A stretch of DNA of 39,101 bases. Source: an uncultured Bdellovibrionales bacterium. Lineage in GTDB: Bacteria > Patescibacteriota > Minisyncoccia > Moranbacterales > DUUL01. A program made the translations under genes and the position numbers. This document shows, one piece after another, positions 18,891 to 27,892 of the stretch (positions within the stretch are counted from its first letter, which is position 1; each line of letters opens with the position of its first letter). The stretch covers positions 2,102 to 41,202 of the forward strand of contig CAYMRZ010000001.1 in assembly GCA_964393045.1 (NCBI GenBank), given 5' to 3'. Below the pieces are notes generated by a model. That model was not told the DNA's origin and did no database searches. It was given only the letters and a program-made list of their open reading frames with translations.

Positions 18891-20621
18891 ATGAACGAAA
18901 ATGAAATAGATAAAAAGAATATCATATATGATAAATCCTCAAATATCGTTAGCAAGAAGATTAAATTTAAATTATTTATTAAAGAAAATTATAAATTTCT
19001 TATTTTTATATTAATTTTAACTGCTTATTATCTATCTCCTTTATCTATTTTCTTTTGGAATCGTGCATTGATGTTTTTAATACATATTTTTTTATTTCCT
19101 TTTTTTCTTATGCCAGAGGATTCTTTTATTATTTCTGCTGGTTATGCTCCAGGAGTAATTCCCAATCCTTTTACAATTGCATTTGCAATTTTTATTTCAT
19201 CGGTTTGGATAATGGTTTTTTCTTTCTTGATAAACCTTATTGCTAAAAAATTGAAAATCAAAAGTATTTTAGTTTTTATACTAGCTATTTTAATTTTTTT
19301 AGTTTTAGGTGGTTTTGGCGAGCAGAATATTTGTGAAAGAGATTTTGAATCTTATAGGAATGAAAAAGGAGAAAAATATTTAAAAAATCTCGGTGTTATT
19401 CATTTTGTTGTAGATACAAATATGAAAAGGGGCTTAGATTTTTTCTATAAATTAAATGGATTAGAATATATTTCTGGAGATTCAAATAATGGTAGGATTT
19501 TAGCAAGAATAAAATCAGGGGATGAATATAGAAAGATATGTCAAATAAAAGCTTATAGGCAGGTTTATGAGGGTACTACTCCGATGGAGGAAAGTGGTTT
19601 GTTCTTTATTAATAATCAAGAATATTGGAATCTAATAGATAATAATTTTTGTGAAACTGATCAATTAGTTAATCACAGCAAAGAAGATTGTTTGAAGAGT
19701 ATAGAAAAAGGCTTCATGCATAAAGGAGAAACTGATTCTAGAGATAAAATACTGCCCCTTACAGAAGAATATACTAATGATTTAATAGCCTTTAGTTATC
19801 CAAAAAGTTGGCACATTTTCAAAAAAGAGGAAGATGGGAAAGGAACGGTTCGAATAAGCAAGAGTGTTGATGGAAATTTTAAATTATATGCATTAATTGA
19901 TGTCTCAAAATGTGTCCCTTCCCTTGAGACAATTGGGGAACAACTATTAAAAAAACAAGAAGAGGGAGAACTTGATAGTAATTATTATCCAAAGGGTGTA
20001 GAAAAAGTAGAAATTGGAGATTTTAATTTTTATAAATATATACAAAGTGATAAAAAGTATGGCTCCGAGGAAACTAATTATGAAGCCAAAGTAAATGGTA
20101 TCTACCTTATCAATATCAGTGTTTTTCATACTGGTTATGATGACTATATTGATGACATAAAAAGAATGATTGAGACAATAGAACTTCCAGATAATTCAAA
20201 AGTTGAACTAATTGACTATGAGGATAATTTTTTGAAAATTTCTTACAATAAAAATGCTTATCAGTTTTCAAAAGCTGATTCAACAGATGTTAATACAATT
20301 TATGAATTAAAAAATGTTAATAAAAAAGAGCAATCTCTTGTTAGGGGAGTTATATATAAGGGATTTGAAGAACATTCTCTTGATGATCGCTATAATATTT
20401 TTGTTAGTCAAGGGAAAACAACTAATTCAAAACATCAAAAAATTAAGCTTGGCAAGTATGAATTTATCAAAACAAAAGACGCTAATAATTCGTTTACTCA
20501 GTATACCACTTTTATAGGTTTGTATGAGGTAAACTTTGTATTAGACTATGGTAAGGCTGGTATGTATATGAAAGACGAAAATCTTGAAAATATATTAAAA
20601 ACTCTAGTGTTAAAAATATAG
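18891..20621 (+). CDS. Hypothetical membrane protein with a large extracytoplasmic region (possible PsbP/DcrB-like repeats)
   Basis: The listed ORF 18861 starts at TTG. The first ATG, at 18891 (MNENEIDKK), is preferred. Several N-terminal TM segments are followed by about 400 aa containing two FSYPKSW / ISYNKNAY-type segments. The sequence is very AT-rich. Confidence 0.6.
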   Translation: MNENEIDKKNIIYDKSSNIVSKKIKFKLFIKENYKFLIFILILTAYYLSPLSIFFWNRALMFLIHIFLFPFFLMPEDSFIISAGYAPGVIPNPFTIAFAIFISSVWIMVFSFLINLIAKKLKIKSILVFILAILIFLVLGGFGEQNICERDFESYRNEKGEKYLKNLGVIHFVVDTNMKRGLDFFYKLNGLEYISGDSNNGRILARIKSGDEYRKICQIKAYRQVYEGTTPMEESGLFFINNQEYWNLIDNNFCETDQLVNHSKEDCLKSIEKGFMHKGETDSRDKILPLTEEYTNDLIAFSYPKSWHIFKKEEDGKGTVRISKSVDGNFKLYALIDVSKCVPSLETIGEQLLKKQEEGELDSNYYPKGVEKVEIGDFNFYKYIQSDKKYGSEETNYEAKVNGIYLINISVFHTGYDDYIDDIKRMIETIELPDNSKVELIDYEDNFLKISYNKNAYQFSKADSTDVNTIYELKNVNKKEQSLVRGVIYKGFEEHSLDDRYNIFVSQGKTTNSKHQKIKLGKYEFIKTKDANNSFTQYTTFIGLYEVNFVLDYGKAGMYMKDENLENILKTLVLKI

Positions 20622-20818
20622 TATGTAAAAATCTCGAGCGTTGTTTATACTTTTTCTAATTGTAGAATCCTTCTAATTTTTCCTCTAAGGCATTTTGCCT
20701 CTTAGGTAAGGCAAAAATGCCGTTTTGAAAATTTAAGGAGTCCCAAATCCATTTTTGAAACTATAAACAACGCTAGGAAATCTTACAATTTATACATTCA
20801 ATTAAATTTTAAAAACTC

Positions 20819-21016
20819 ATGGACTCGGAAACAAAAAAACGTCTTGATGAGCAAGATGAAATTCTAAAAGGCATTTATACTTCAGTGGAAAAAACCAGAA
20901 GGTATTTTTTGTGGACATTGATTATCACCATCGCTACCATCGTCCTTCCCCTGATAGGGTTGATTATATTAATCCCTTGGGTTATAAATTCCTATACTTC
21001 GGCGTTAGGAATGTAA
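20819..21016 (+). CDS. Small single-pass membrane protein, hypothetical
   Basis: 65 aa with a charged N-terminus and then the TM segment LWTLIITIATIVLPLIGLIILIPWVI. Confidence 0.5.
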   Translation: MDSETKKRLDEQDEILKGIYTSVEKTRRYFLWTLIITIATIVLPLIGLIILIPWVINSYTSALGM

Positions 21017-21254
21017 ATTGGCAGGCAAGGTGAATTATTTAAGCGGGTTTTATTTTTTCTTGTTACATTTCTTGACAAAACTATTGAGCTATATTAGTTT
21101 AATAATAGCGAAGGAGGCGGTACTTTTTTGAGAAATTCAAAAAAAATTATTATTTTTTGGATTAAAAAACGTTAAGACCCGGGAAAACAAGCGGCTATAT
21201 CCTCTTTCGCACCCTTCATTAGCCCACTTTCCCGGGCTTTTTATTTTACATTAT

Positions 21255-21283
21255 TTGACAATTTTCACTATATATGGTATAAT
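21255..21283 (+). promoter_or_regulatory. Consensus sigma70 promoter with extended -10
   Basis: TTGACA (21255-21260), exactly 17 nt spacer, TG-n-TATAAT (TATAAT 21278-21283). It lies 62 nt upstream of the strongly SD-led ORF at 21346 (AAGGAGGGAAAGAAG ATG). Confidence 0.75.
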
Positions 21284-21345
21284 TGATCATTGTACCTTTT
21301 AAAATTTTTGTTTGAATAAACAATTACAACAAGGAGGGAAAGAAG

Positions 21346-21711
21346 ATGAAAAAGATTTACATCGGAACGTTTGTTTTTTTGGCAATCAGCTGCATATTGG
21401 TTTTTTACATTTCCATTTTCCATTTTCTCATTCCTGGTCCAAAAGAAGAGATTTGCCAATTCAACCAGGAGGCAATTGCCCAAGCTAGTCCGGGAGCATT
21501 GCTTCTTTTGAAAAATGGCAACTTACTTCTTCTAGGAAGTAATTGTTTTGATGACGAGGGCCGAGTTACTTTTGTAGAAAAATACGGAGGTCCGGAAAAG
21601 AAAAAGACCCCGGAAGAGCTTTCTCAGAAAGTCGTTCTCGTTATCTACTGGGATTCGCCTAAATATCATAAATACCTTAGAAAATTTGAACTCCAAGGTA
21701 TTGAATATTAA
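21346..21711 (+). CDS. Hypothetical protein with N-terminal signal/anchor
   Basis: 121 aa with a strong SD and the N-terminal hydrophobic segment IGTFVFLAISCILVFYISIF. No recognisable family. Confidence 0.6.
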   Translation: MKKIYIGTFVFLAISCILVFYISIFHFLIPGPKEEICQFNQEAIAQASPGALLLLKNGNLLLLGSNCFDDEGRVTFVEKYGGPEKKKTPEELSQKVVLVIYWDSPKYHKYLRKFELQGIEY

Positions 21712-21744
21712 TTTCATGCCCAGAGCCAGAAAGGAGATTGAAAA

Positions 21745-22155
21745 ATGGAAATAGCGGTAACGCTTGTTAATTTTTTTATCTATTGGGTAGCTTTTTATCT
21801 CTTAATATGTCTTATTTGCTGGTGGTCGGAAGCAATTGTTTTTCTTGCTCGTGTTATTCTCTTTACAGCAAGGACTGGGATAAAAGAAACCAAGGAGATG
21901 GTAAAAGAGAACATGAGGAAAAATATAAATGAGCATGAAGATGAAAAAGGAAAAAATTTCCCTGGAAGAATGGCAGCTATTTTTTTGGGAAGCTTCCTCT
22001 CTTCTCAGCTTTTGATGCATGTGGGTCACCTTCCCTGGGAAATTGGGATGGCAATCTTTCTTGTTTTTCCTTCCTTCCTTGTCTATTTAAAAGGAAGAGT
22101 GTTGCTTTTAAAGAAAGAGGGACATTTTATTCCTTTCCCTTTGTGTTTTCTTTAA
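21745..22155 (+). CDS. Hypothetical membrane protein
   Basis: 136 aa with SD GAAAGGAG 8 nt upstream and about 4 hydrophobic segments. A clean terminator follows. Confidence 0.6.
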   Translation: MEIAVTLVNFFIYWVAFYLLICLICWWSEAIVFLARVILFTARTGIKETKEMVKENMRKNINEHEDEKGKNFPGRMAAIFLGSFLSSQLLMHVGHLPWEIGMAIFLVFPSFLVYLKGRVLLLKKEGHFIPFPLCFL

Positions 22156-22168
22156 TAGCCCTTTCAAG

Positions 22169-22202
22169 AACCGCTTGTGTCATCGACACCGGCGGTTTTT
22201 TT
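22169..22202 (+). terminator. Rho-independent terminator
   Basis: AACCGC-TT-GTGTC-ATC-GACAC-CG-GCGGTT followed by a T-run (22196-22202). Confidence 0.75.
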
Positions 22203-22312
22203 ATTTATTTTTTATTTTATGTTAAAATTAATTTTGCTTAGATAAATTTTCCTAATTGTTTATCCCGTAGTTAATCTGCAGGATTATACTGTTGGGACTG
22301 ATTGCCAATTAT

Positions 22313-22585
22313 ATGAAAAGTTTAAAAATAAAAATTTACGGAAAAGTGCAGGGGGTTTTCTTTCGTGCTAATGCTCAAGAAAAGGCTCAAAAGTTAAACC
22401 TCACTGGCTGGGCAAAGAATGAATCGGACGGAACCGTATTAATAGAAGCGCAAGGAGAAAAAGAGGCTCTAGAAAAATTTTTAAAATGGTGTCAAGAAGG
22501 TTCGCCCTACTCCAAAGTAGAAAAAGTAGATTCCCAATGGGAAGAAGTAAAAAAAGAATTCCGAGATTTTTCCATAAGATATTGA
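22313..22585 (+). CDS. acyP: Acylphosphatase
   Basis: Motifs IYGKVQGVFFR and GWAKNESDGTVLIEAQG match the acylphosphatase signatures. The listed ORF begins at TTG 22292. ATG 22313 gives the usual about 90-aa size. Confidence 0.8.
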   Translation: MKSLKIKIYGKVQGVFFRANAQEKAQKLNLTGWAKNESDGTVLIEAQGEKEALEKFLKWCQEGSPYSKVEKVDSQWEEVKKEFRDFSIRY

Positions 22586-22631
22586 AATGAAAAGATTTAT
22601 TATCAATAAAGTTAAAAAAGTTACTAATAAG

Positions 22632-22663
22632 CTAAATCCTAAATCCTAAATCCTAAATCCTAA
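22632..22663 (+). repeat. Tandem heptamer CTAAATC x4.5 immediately upstream of the mltG start
   Basis: Four exact copies at 22632-22659 plus a partial copy. The repeat is preceded by TAATAAGCTAA (22625-22635). A related copy lies at 23805-23844, upstream of ftsW. Confidence 0.9.
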
Positions 22664-22667
22664 TGCA

Positions 22668-23750
22668 ATGCCTTATCAAATTCAATCAATAAAAAAACTA
22701 GCCTTGATTTTTTTCATTTTATTTTTTTTCGCTGTTGTTTTGGCGGTTTCTTTGGGCTGGTTTTGGCTGAAAAGCGGCGCCTACAAAAGTATTGCCAGCC
22801 AATCTAATGTCCCCCAGACTGTGATTATTGAAAAAGGCTGGGGAGCGAAGGAAATCGGCCAGCAATTAGAAAGAAAAAACCTGATAAAAAATAAATATTT
22901 CTTCTATTTTTATCTTTGGAAAAATAGTGAAAAAAAAGCGGCTTTGCAGGCCGGAGAATATGAATTAGCCCCTAATGTGACTATTCCTCTGATAGTCGAA
23001 AAAATTTCTAGCGGTGAAATAAAAGATAAGACTATAAAATTAACTATTCCGGAAGGCTTTACAAATAAAAAAATAATTGACCGAGTCGCCAGTTTGAAGC
23101 CGGAATTTTCTGAAGATTTTAGCTTTTATGCCAGTTGCAAATGCTTGGGTGAGGAAAGTTGCCAATGTGATAAATTTTCTGATAAGTTTTCCTTCCTGAA
23201 AGATATTCCCAAGGGAGTGGATATGGAAGGCTATCTTTTCCCAGATACTTATTTTATTGAAGAAGGAGATACTGTGAACATCCTGATGTTAAAAATATTA
23301 AATAATTTTTCGAAAAAGTTAAATGGCGATCTTTTGGAAAATATTCAGAACCAGGGAAAAAGCTTGCATGAATTTATTACTATGGCATCCATTATTGAAA
23401 GAGAGGCCAAGACTAAATCGGATCGAGAAATCGTTTCCGGCATATTTTGGCAGCGATTAGAAGACGAGCATGCCCTACAAAGCTGTGCTACCCTGGCTTA
23501 TTTTTTAGGCATTGATAAAAATCAATTTTCCTTTGAAGATACTCGGGTAGATTCTCCTTATAACACCTATGTTAATCCCGGCTTGCCTCCAGGACCGATT
23601 TGCAATCCCGGCCTAGAAGCAATAGCAGCTTCAGTTTATCCGAAAGAAACGGATTATTATTACTTTTTATCCAATTTGGAAAACGGGGAAATGATTTTTT
23701 CAAAAGATATTTTAGAACATAATCGGAAGAAAGAAGAAAACGGACTGTAG
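22668..23750 (+). CDS. mltG: Endolytic murein transglycosylase MltG (YceG-like)
   Basis: 360 aa with an N-terminal TM. The YceG core has ITMASIIEREA, LQSCATLAY and SPYNTYVNPGLPPGPICNPG. Confidence 0.88.
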   Translation: MPYQIQSIKKLALIFFILFFFAVVLAVSLGWFWLKSGAYKSIASQSNVPQTVIIEKGWGAKEIGQQLERKNLIKNKYFFYFYLWKNSEKKAALQAGEYELAPNVTIPLIVEKISSGEIKDKTIKLTIPEGFTNKKIIDRVASLKPEFSEDFSFYASCKCLGEESCQCDKFSDKFSFLKDIPKGVDMEGYLFPDTYFIEEGDTVNILMLKILNNFSKKLNGDLLENIQNQGKSLHEFITMASIIEREAKTKSDREIVSGIFWQRLEDEHALQSCATLAYFLGIDKNQFSFEDTRVDSPYNTYVNPGLPPGPICNPGLEAIAASVYPKETDYYYFLSNLENGEMIFSKDILEHNRKKEENGL

Positions 23751-23870
23751 GTTAACTGATTGGTTAAATATTTTTAATTATGAAGTTATATAAATTTTTT
23801 TCATTAATAAGCTAACCGATTAAATCCTAATTCCTAAATCCTAAGTTATAATTCTTGATTCAATTATTTA

Positions 23871-24992
23871 ATGAATATTATTAAAAAAATAGATTTCGAG
23901 TGGTTTTCTTTTTTAGCGATTCTCTTTTTAATAACTTCCAGCTTGGTGACTATTTATTCCCTCTCCTTGTCTGGAGATGAAGGAGGTTTGAGTATTTTCC
24001 ACAAGCAATTAATTTTTTTCGGCGTCAGTTTGCCGTTTTTTATTTTTTTTAGTTTTTTCGATTATAAAAAGTTAAAATTCTACAGCGGCTTGCTATATAT
24101 CATAAGCTTGATTTTATTGACCATGGTTCTCTTTTGGGGGAAAAGTGTGCGCGGTACTTCCGGTTGGTTCGATTTAGGCTTTTTTAATTTTCAGCCGGTG
24201 GAAGTAGTTAAAATTTTTGTTATTATTATTTTAGCGAAATATTTTTCCAAGAGAATAAAGGAGGTAACCACTTTTAAGCAAATAATCGTTTCATTATTTT
24301 ATATTTCAATTCCAGTTTTTTTAACCATCCAACAACCGGACTTCGGATCCGCGGTAGTAATCTTGGTAATTTGGCTCGGAATGCTGATACTTACCAATAT
24401 TAATAAAAAAACTATAGCGTTAATTTTAATCTGCTTGGCTGCCTTTTCTTTTTTAAATTGGAATTTTCTCTTGAAAGACTATCAAAAAGAAAGGATTAAA
24501 ATCTTTTTTAATCCTCAAACAGATGCCTTAGGGAGCGGTTATAATATTATTCAGTCTATGGTGGCCGTGGGATCTGGAGGAATAAAAGGTAAAGGACTGG
24601 GCTATGGTTCGCAAAGTCAATTGAATTTTTTACCGGAAAAACACAATGATTTTATTTTTGCTGTAATTGCTGAAGAAAATGGTTTTTGGGGCGCCTTGTT
24701 AATCATTTTTATTTATGGATTTTTATTTTATCGAATGGGAATAATTGCCAGGGAATCAAGAAATTATTTTGGCTGGTTTTTGGCAAATGGCATTATTATA
24801 ATGTTTTTTTTCCAAACAGTTATTAATATAGGAATGAATATCGGAATTGTTCCAATTGCTGGCTTATCCCTGCCTTTCTTAAGTTACGGCGGCAGTTTTA
24901 TCCTAATTTCCATGATAGCTTTTGGCATAGTTCAGAATATTTGGAAAAATCGAAAAAAAGGGAAATTTGACTTGAAAGTTGAAGAAAGATGA
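23871..24992 (+). CDS. ftsW: SEDS-family peptidoglycan glycosyltransferase (FtsW/RodA)
   Basis: 373 aa and polytopic, with SEDS signature LPEKHNDFIFAVIAEENG and LPFLSYGGS. The position directly upstream of ftsA-ftsZ favours FtsW, but RodA cannot be excluded. Confidence 0.8.
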   Translation: MNIIKKIDFEWFSFLAILFLITSSLVTIYSLSLSGDEGGLSIFHKQLIFFGVSLPFFIFFSFFDYKKLKFYSGLLYIISLILLTMVLFWGKSVRGTSGWFDLGFFNFQPVEVVKIFVIIILAKYFSKRIKEVTTFKQIIVSLFYISIPVFLTIQQPDFGSAVVILVIWLGMLILTNINKKTIALILICLAAFSFLNWNFLLKDYQKERIKIFFNPQTDALGSGYNIIQSMVAVGSGGIKGKGLGYGSQSQLNFLPEKHNDFIFAVIAEENGFWGALLIIFIYGFLFYRMGIIARESRNYFGWFLANGIIIMFFFQTVINIGMNIGIVPIAGLSLPFLSYGGSFILISMIAFGIVQNIWKNRKKGKFDLKVEER

Positions 24993-25091
24993 AAAATATT
25001 TCCACAATCGTTAAAAATTTGATATAATAATCTAAAATTGTTATAATCTAAACTCAGATAGAAGCGTTAATATAAATTATCAAAAATAAAA

Positions 25092-26363
25092 ATGTCCAGA
25101 ACAAATTACATTAATGTTATAGATGTAGGATCTTCTAATGTAAAAACAGTTATTGTGCAATTATTGCCAGAAGAAAAACCTCGCATTGTGGGCGTGGGGG
25201 TTTCTAATTCCAGTGGGATGAGAAAAGGCGTGGTGGTTGACCTTGAAGAAGTAACTCATTCCATAGAAGAATCAATTGAAAAAGCGGAGGGAATGGCAGG
25301 AGTAGAAATAAAAGATGCTTTTATTGCTATTGGAGGCAATCATTTAAAATGTTTTAATACTCAAGGTGTGATTGCTATTGGGAGAGCTGATGGTGAAGTT
25401 GCCGAGGAAGATGTAGAGAGAGTAATTGAAGCTTCCCAGGCCATAAATATTCCCCATAATTATACCTTACTGCACGTAGTACCACAAAATTTTATTTTGG
25501 ATAACCAGCAAAATATAAAAGATCCAGTGGGAATGAATGGTGTGAGACTGGAAATGCAAGGAGCAGTTATTTTAGGGTTTACTCCTTATATAAATAATAT
25601 TTCTAAATGTTTTTCTAATTTAAATATCGGAATAGATGGTTTTATTGTTTCTCCTTTAGCGGCTGCTAAATCGGTTTTAAATAAAAGGCAGAAAGAATTA
25701 GGCGTAGCCTTAGTAGATATTGGAGGGGAGACAACTTCATTGGCAGTTTATGAGGAAAGAGAATTGCTTCATCTAGCGGTAATTCCCATCGGTGCCAGCC
25801 ACATAACCAATGATATAGCTATTGGCTTAAGGACATCTATTGACGTGGCGGAAAAAATTAAAATTGAGTATGGCACTGCTTTGTTAAGCGAAGTAGATGA
25901 TAAAGAACAAATAAATTTAGCTGAAATTGATAAGGAAGAAGAGGGCGTTATAACCAGGAAACATGTAGCAGAAATTATTGAGGCTCGGTTGGAAGAGATA
26001 TTTTTTATAATAGAGAAAGAGTTGAAAAAAATAAATCGATCAGCTCTATTGCCGGCAGGAGCGGTTATTGTTGGAGGCGGAGCCAAAACCCAAGGTACGG
26101 TGGATTTAGCCAAAGAGACTTTAAAATTACCTGCTCAAGTTGGTTTCCCCCAGGAGCTCTCCGGCTTGATTGATAAAGTAGATAATCCTTCTTTCGCTGT
26201 GGTTATCGGCATGATTTTATGGAGCCTAGAGGAAGGAACGGAAGACTTTATTTCCTTGGAAGGGCAAGGAGGTTCGAGCCAAAAGAAAAAATTTAGCGAA
26301 AAATTGCCTAACTATGAAATTATTGATAATGTAAAAAAATGGTTTGGCAAGTTTCTCCCTTAA
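25092..26363 (+). CDS. ftsA: Cell division protein FtsA
   Basis: 423 aa, actin-like ATPase (IDVGSSNVK, DIGGETTSLAVY, VGGGAKTQG). Gene order is ftsA-ftsZ. Confidence 0.9.
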   Translation: MSRTNYINVIDVGSSNVKTVIVQLLPEEKPRIVGVGVSNSSGMRKGVVVDLEEVTHSIEESIEKAEGMAGVEIKDAFIAIGGNHLKCFNTQGVIAIGRADGEVAEEDVERVIEASQAINIPHNYTLLHVVPQNFILDNQQNIKDPVGMNGVRLEMQGAVILGFTPYINNISKCFSNLNIGIDGFIVSPLAAAKSVLNKRQKELGVALVDIGGETTSLAVYEERELLHLAVIPIGASHITNDIAIGLRTSIDVAEKIKIEYGTALLSEVDDKEQINLAEIDKEEEGVITRKHVAEIIEARLEEIFFIIEKELKKINRSALLPAGAVIVGGGAKTQGTVDLAKETLKLPAQVGFPQELSGLIDKVDNPSFAVVIGMILWSLEEGTEDFISLEGQGGSSQKKKFSEKLPNYEIIDNVKKWFGKFLP

Positions 26364-26500
26364 AAAATAAACCCTTGACATATTTCGTAAGTATAGTAGC
26401 ATGGAATACTAACTTTTTATTAATTATCGGCATTAATCGGCATTAATTTTATGTTGATTAATTGATGATTTATTTATAAATAACAATATAACTTTAAAAT

Positions 26501-27784
26501 ATGGCAGAAGTTAAACCCGACGTTGAAACATTTGCAAGAATAAAAGTAGTCGGCGTAGGAGGTTCAGGAAGCAATGCAATAAGCAGGATGGTAGAATGCA
26601 AGTTGGCAGGCATAGAGTTTGTTGCTGTTAATACAGACGCCCAAGATTTACATAATTGCAAAGCCGGTGAGAAAATTCATATAGGAAAAAATTTAACCAA
26701 AGGGCTTGGAGCGGGGATGAATCCTGAATTGGGCCGCCAAGCAGCCGAAGAAAACAGAGATGAAATTCAGGAAATTTTAAAAAATACTGACATGGCTTTT
26801 GTGGTTTATGGCGCAGGCGGAGGCACCGGCTCTGGAGCTGGACCTATTGTAGCGGAAGCGGCCCGTGAAGCAGGGGCTTTGACAGTTGGCGTAGTTACTA
26901 AGCCTTTTTCTTTTGAAGGAAAGCAAAGGACAGCTATCGCGGATGAATCTTTGGAAAATTTAAAAGAAAGAGTGGATACCTTGATTGTTATCCAAAATGA
27001 TAAATTATTGCATATTATTGACAAGAACACTTCATTAATAAATGCCTTCAGAATTGTGGATGATGTTTTGCGCCAAGGAGTGCAAGGCATTTCTGATTTA
27101 ATTACCAAGCCAGGAATCATTAACGTTGATTTCGCTGATGTGCGTTCGGTAATGCAAGACAGTGGCTCTGCTTTGATGGGGATTGGAATGGCTTCTGGGG
27201 AAGATCGATCTACTCAGGCTGCTAAGCAAGCAATTAATTCTCCCTTGCTAGATGTTTCTGTAGATGGAGCCAGGGGAATATTGTTTAATATTACTGGCAA
27301 TACTGATTTAACTATGTTGGAAATCAATGAAGCTGCTAATGTTATAACAGAGAATGTTGATCCCAATGCCCGCATAATTTTTGGCGCCTCTACCGACGAA
27401 AAAATTAAAAAAGGCGAAATTAAAATAACCGTAGTGGCAACTGGCTTCAGTGGCGGAGATTTCCCTAATTACCCAATTGCTTCCGGGTCCGAAGAAGAAC
27501 CCAAAAGAGATTTTGACAGTGATTTTGGTCAATCGTCCGGTTTTGGAGGCGGAAAAATGAGCTTTGAGGAAGATGATAAAAGTTCTGAAAAAGAAGATAA
27601 ATCCAAAAAAGAACCAAAAAAAGGCCAGAGCAATTTTTTCAACACCAAACCGCTGGAAGAAAAATCTTCAGAGGAAAAAGATAAGAAAAAATTTGATGAT
27701 GACCAGAGCCCTTTGGATGAAAGTGGAGAAGGAGATGATGACCTGGAAATCCCGGCCTTTATTAGAAAAAAGTTGGGGAAATAA
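26501..27784 (+). CDS. ftsZ: Cell division protein FtsZ
   Basis: 427 aa with GVGGSGSNA, tubulin signature GGGTGSGAGP, a long acidic linker, and the conserved C-terminal peptide DDLEIPAFIRKK. Confidence 0.96.
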   Translation: MAEVKPDVETFARIKVVGVGGSGSNAISRMVECKLAGIEFVAVNTDAQDLHNCKAGEKIHIGKNLTKGLGAGMNPELGRQAAEENRDEIQEILKNTDMAFVVYGAGGGTGSGAGPIVAEAAREAGALTVGVVTKPFSFEGKQRTAIADESLENLKERVDTLIVIQNDKLLHIIDKNTSLINAFRIVDDVLRQGVQGISDLITKPGIINVDFADVRSVMQDSGSALMGIGMASGEDRSTQAAKQAINSPLLDVSVDGARGILFNITGNTDLTMLEINEAANVITENVDPNARIIFGASTDEKIKKGEIKITVVATGFSGGDFPNYPIASGSEEEPKRDFDSDFGQSSGFGGGKMSFEEDDKSSEKEDKSKKEPKKGQSNFFNTKPLEEKSSEEKDKKKFDDDQSPLDESGEGDDDLEIPAFIRKKLGK

Positions 27785-27810
27785 AATTTATTTTATTCAC
27801 TTTTTATATA

Positions 27811-27841
27811 AAAACCACTGTTATAAGGCAGTGGTTTTTTA
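27811..27841. terminator. Bidirectional terminator between convergent ftsZ and ddl
   Basis: AAAACCACTG ... CAGTGGTTTTTT, a 6-bp core stem CCACTG/CAGTGG with an 8-nt loop, flanked by A-run and T-run. Confidence 0.75.
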
Positions 27842-27892
27842 TTTATAAATTCTGCAATTTGATTTAAAATATCTTTTATAACAAACGAAAAA

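Noticed and set aside
22632-22663. Possible CRISPR array or minisatellite
   Set aside because: The period is 7 nt with no spacers and there are only about 4.5 copies, so this is not CRISPR architecture. It is kept as a simple tandem repeat.
26806-26835. FtsZ tubulin signature reads GGGTGSGAGP instead of the usual GGGTGTGAAP
   Set aside because: These are conservative substitutions within a fully intact FtsZ, within the variation I would expect for divergent lineages. It is not evidence of loss of function.
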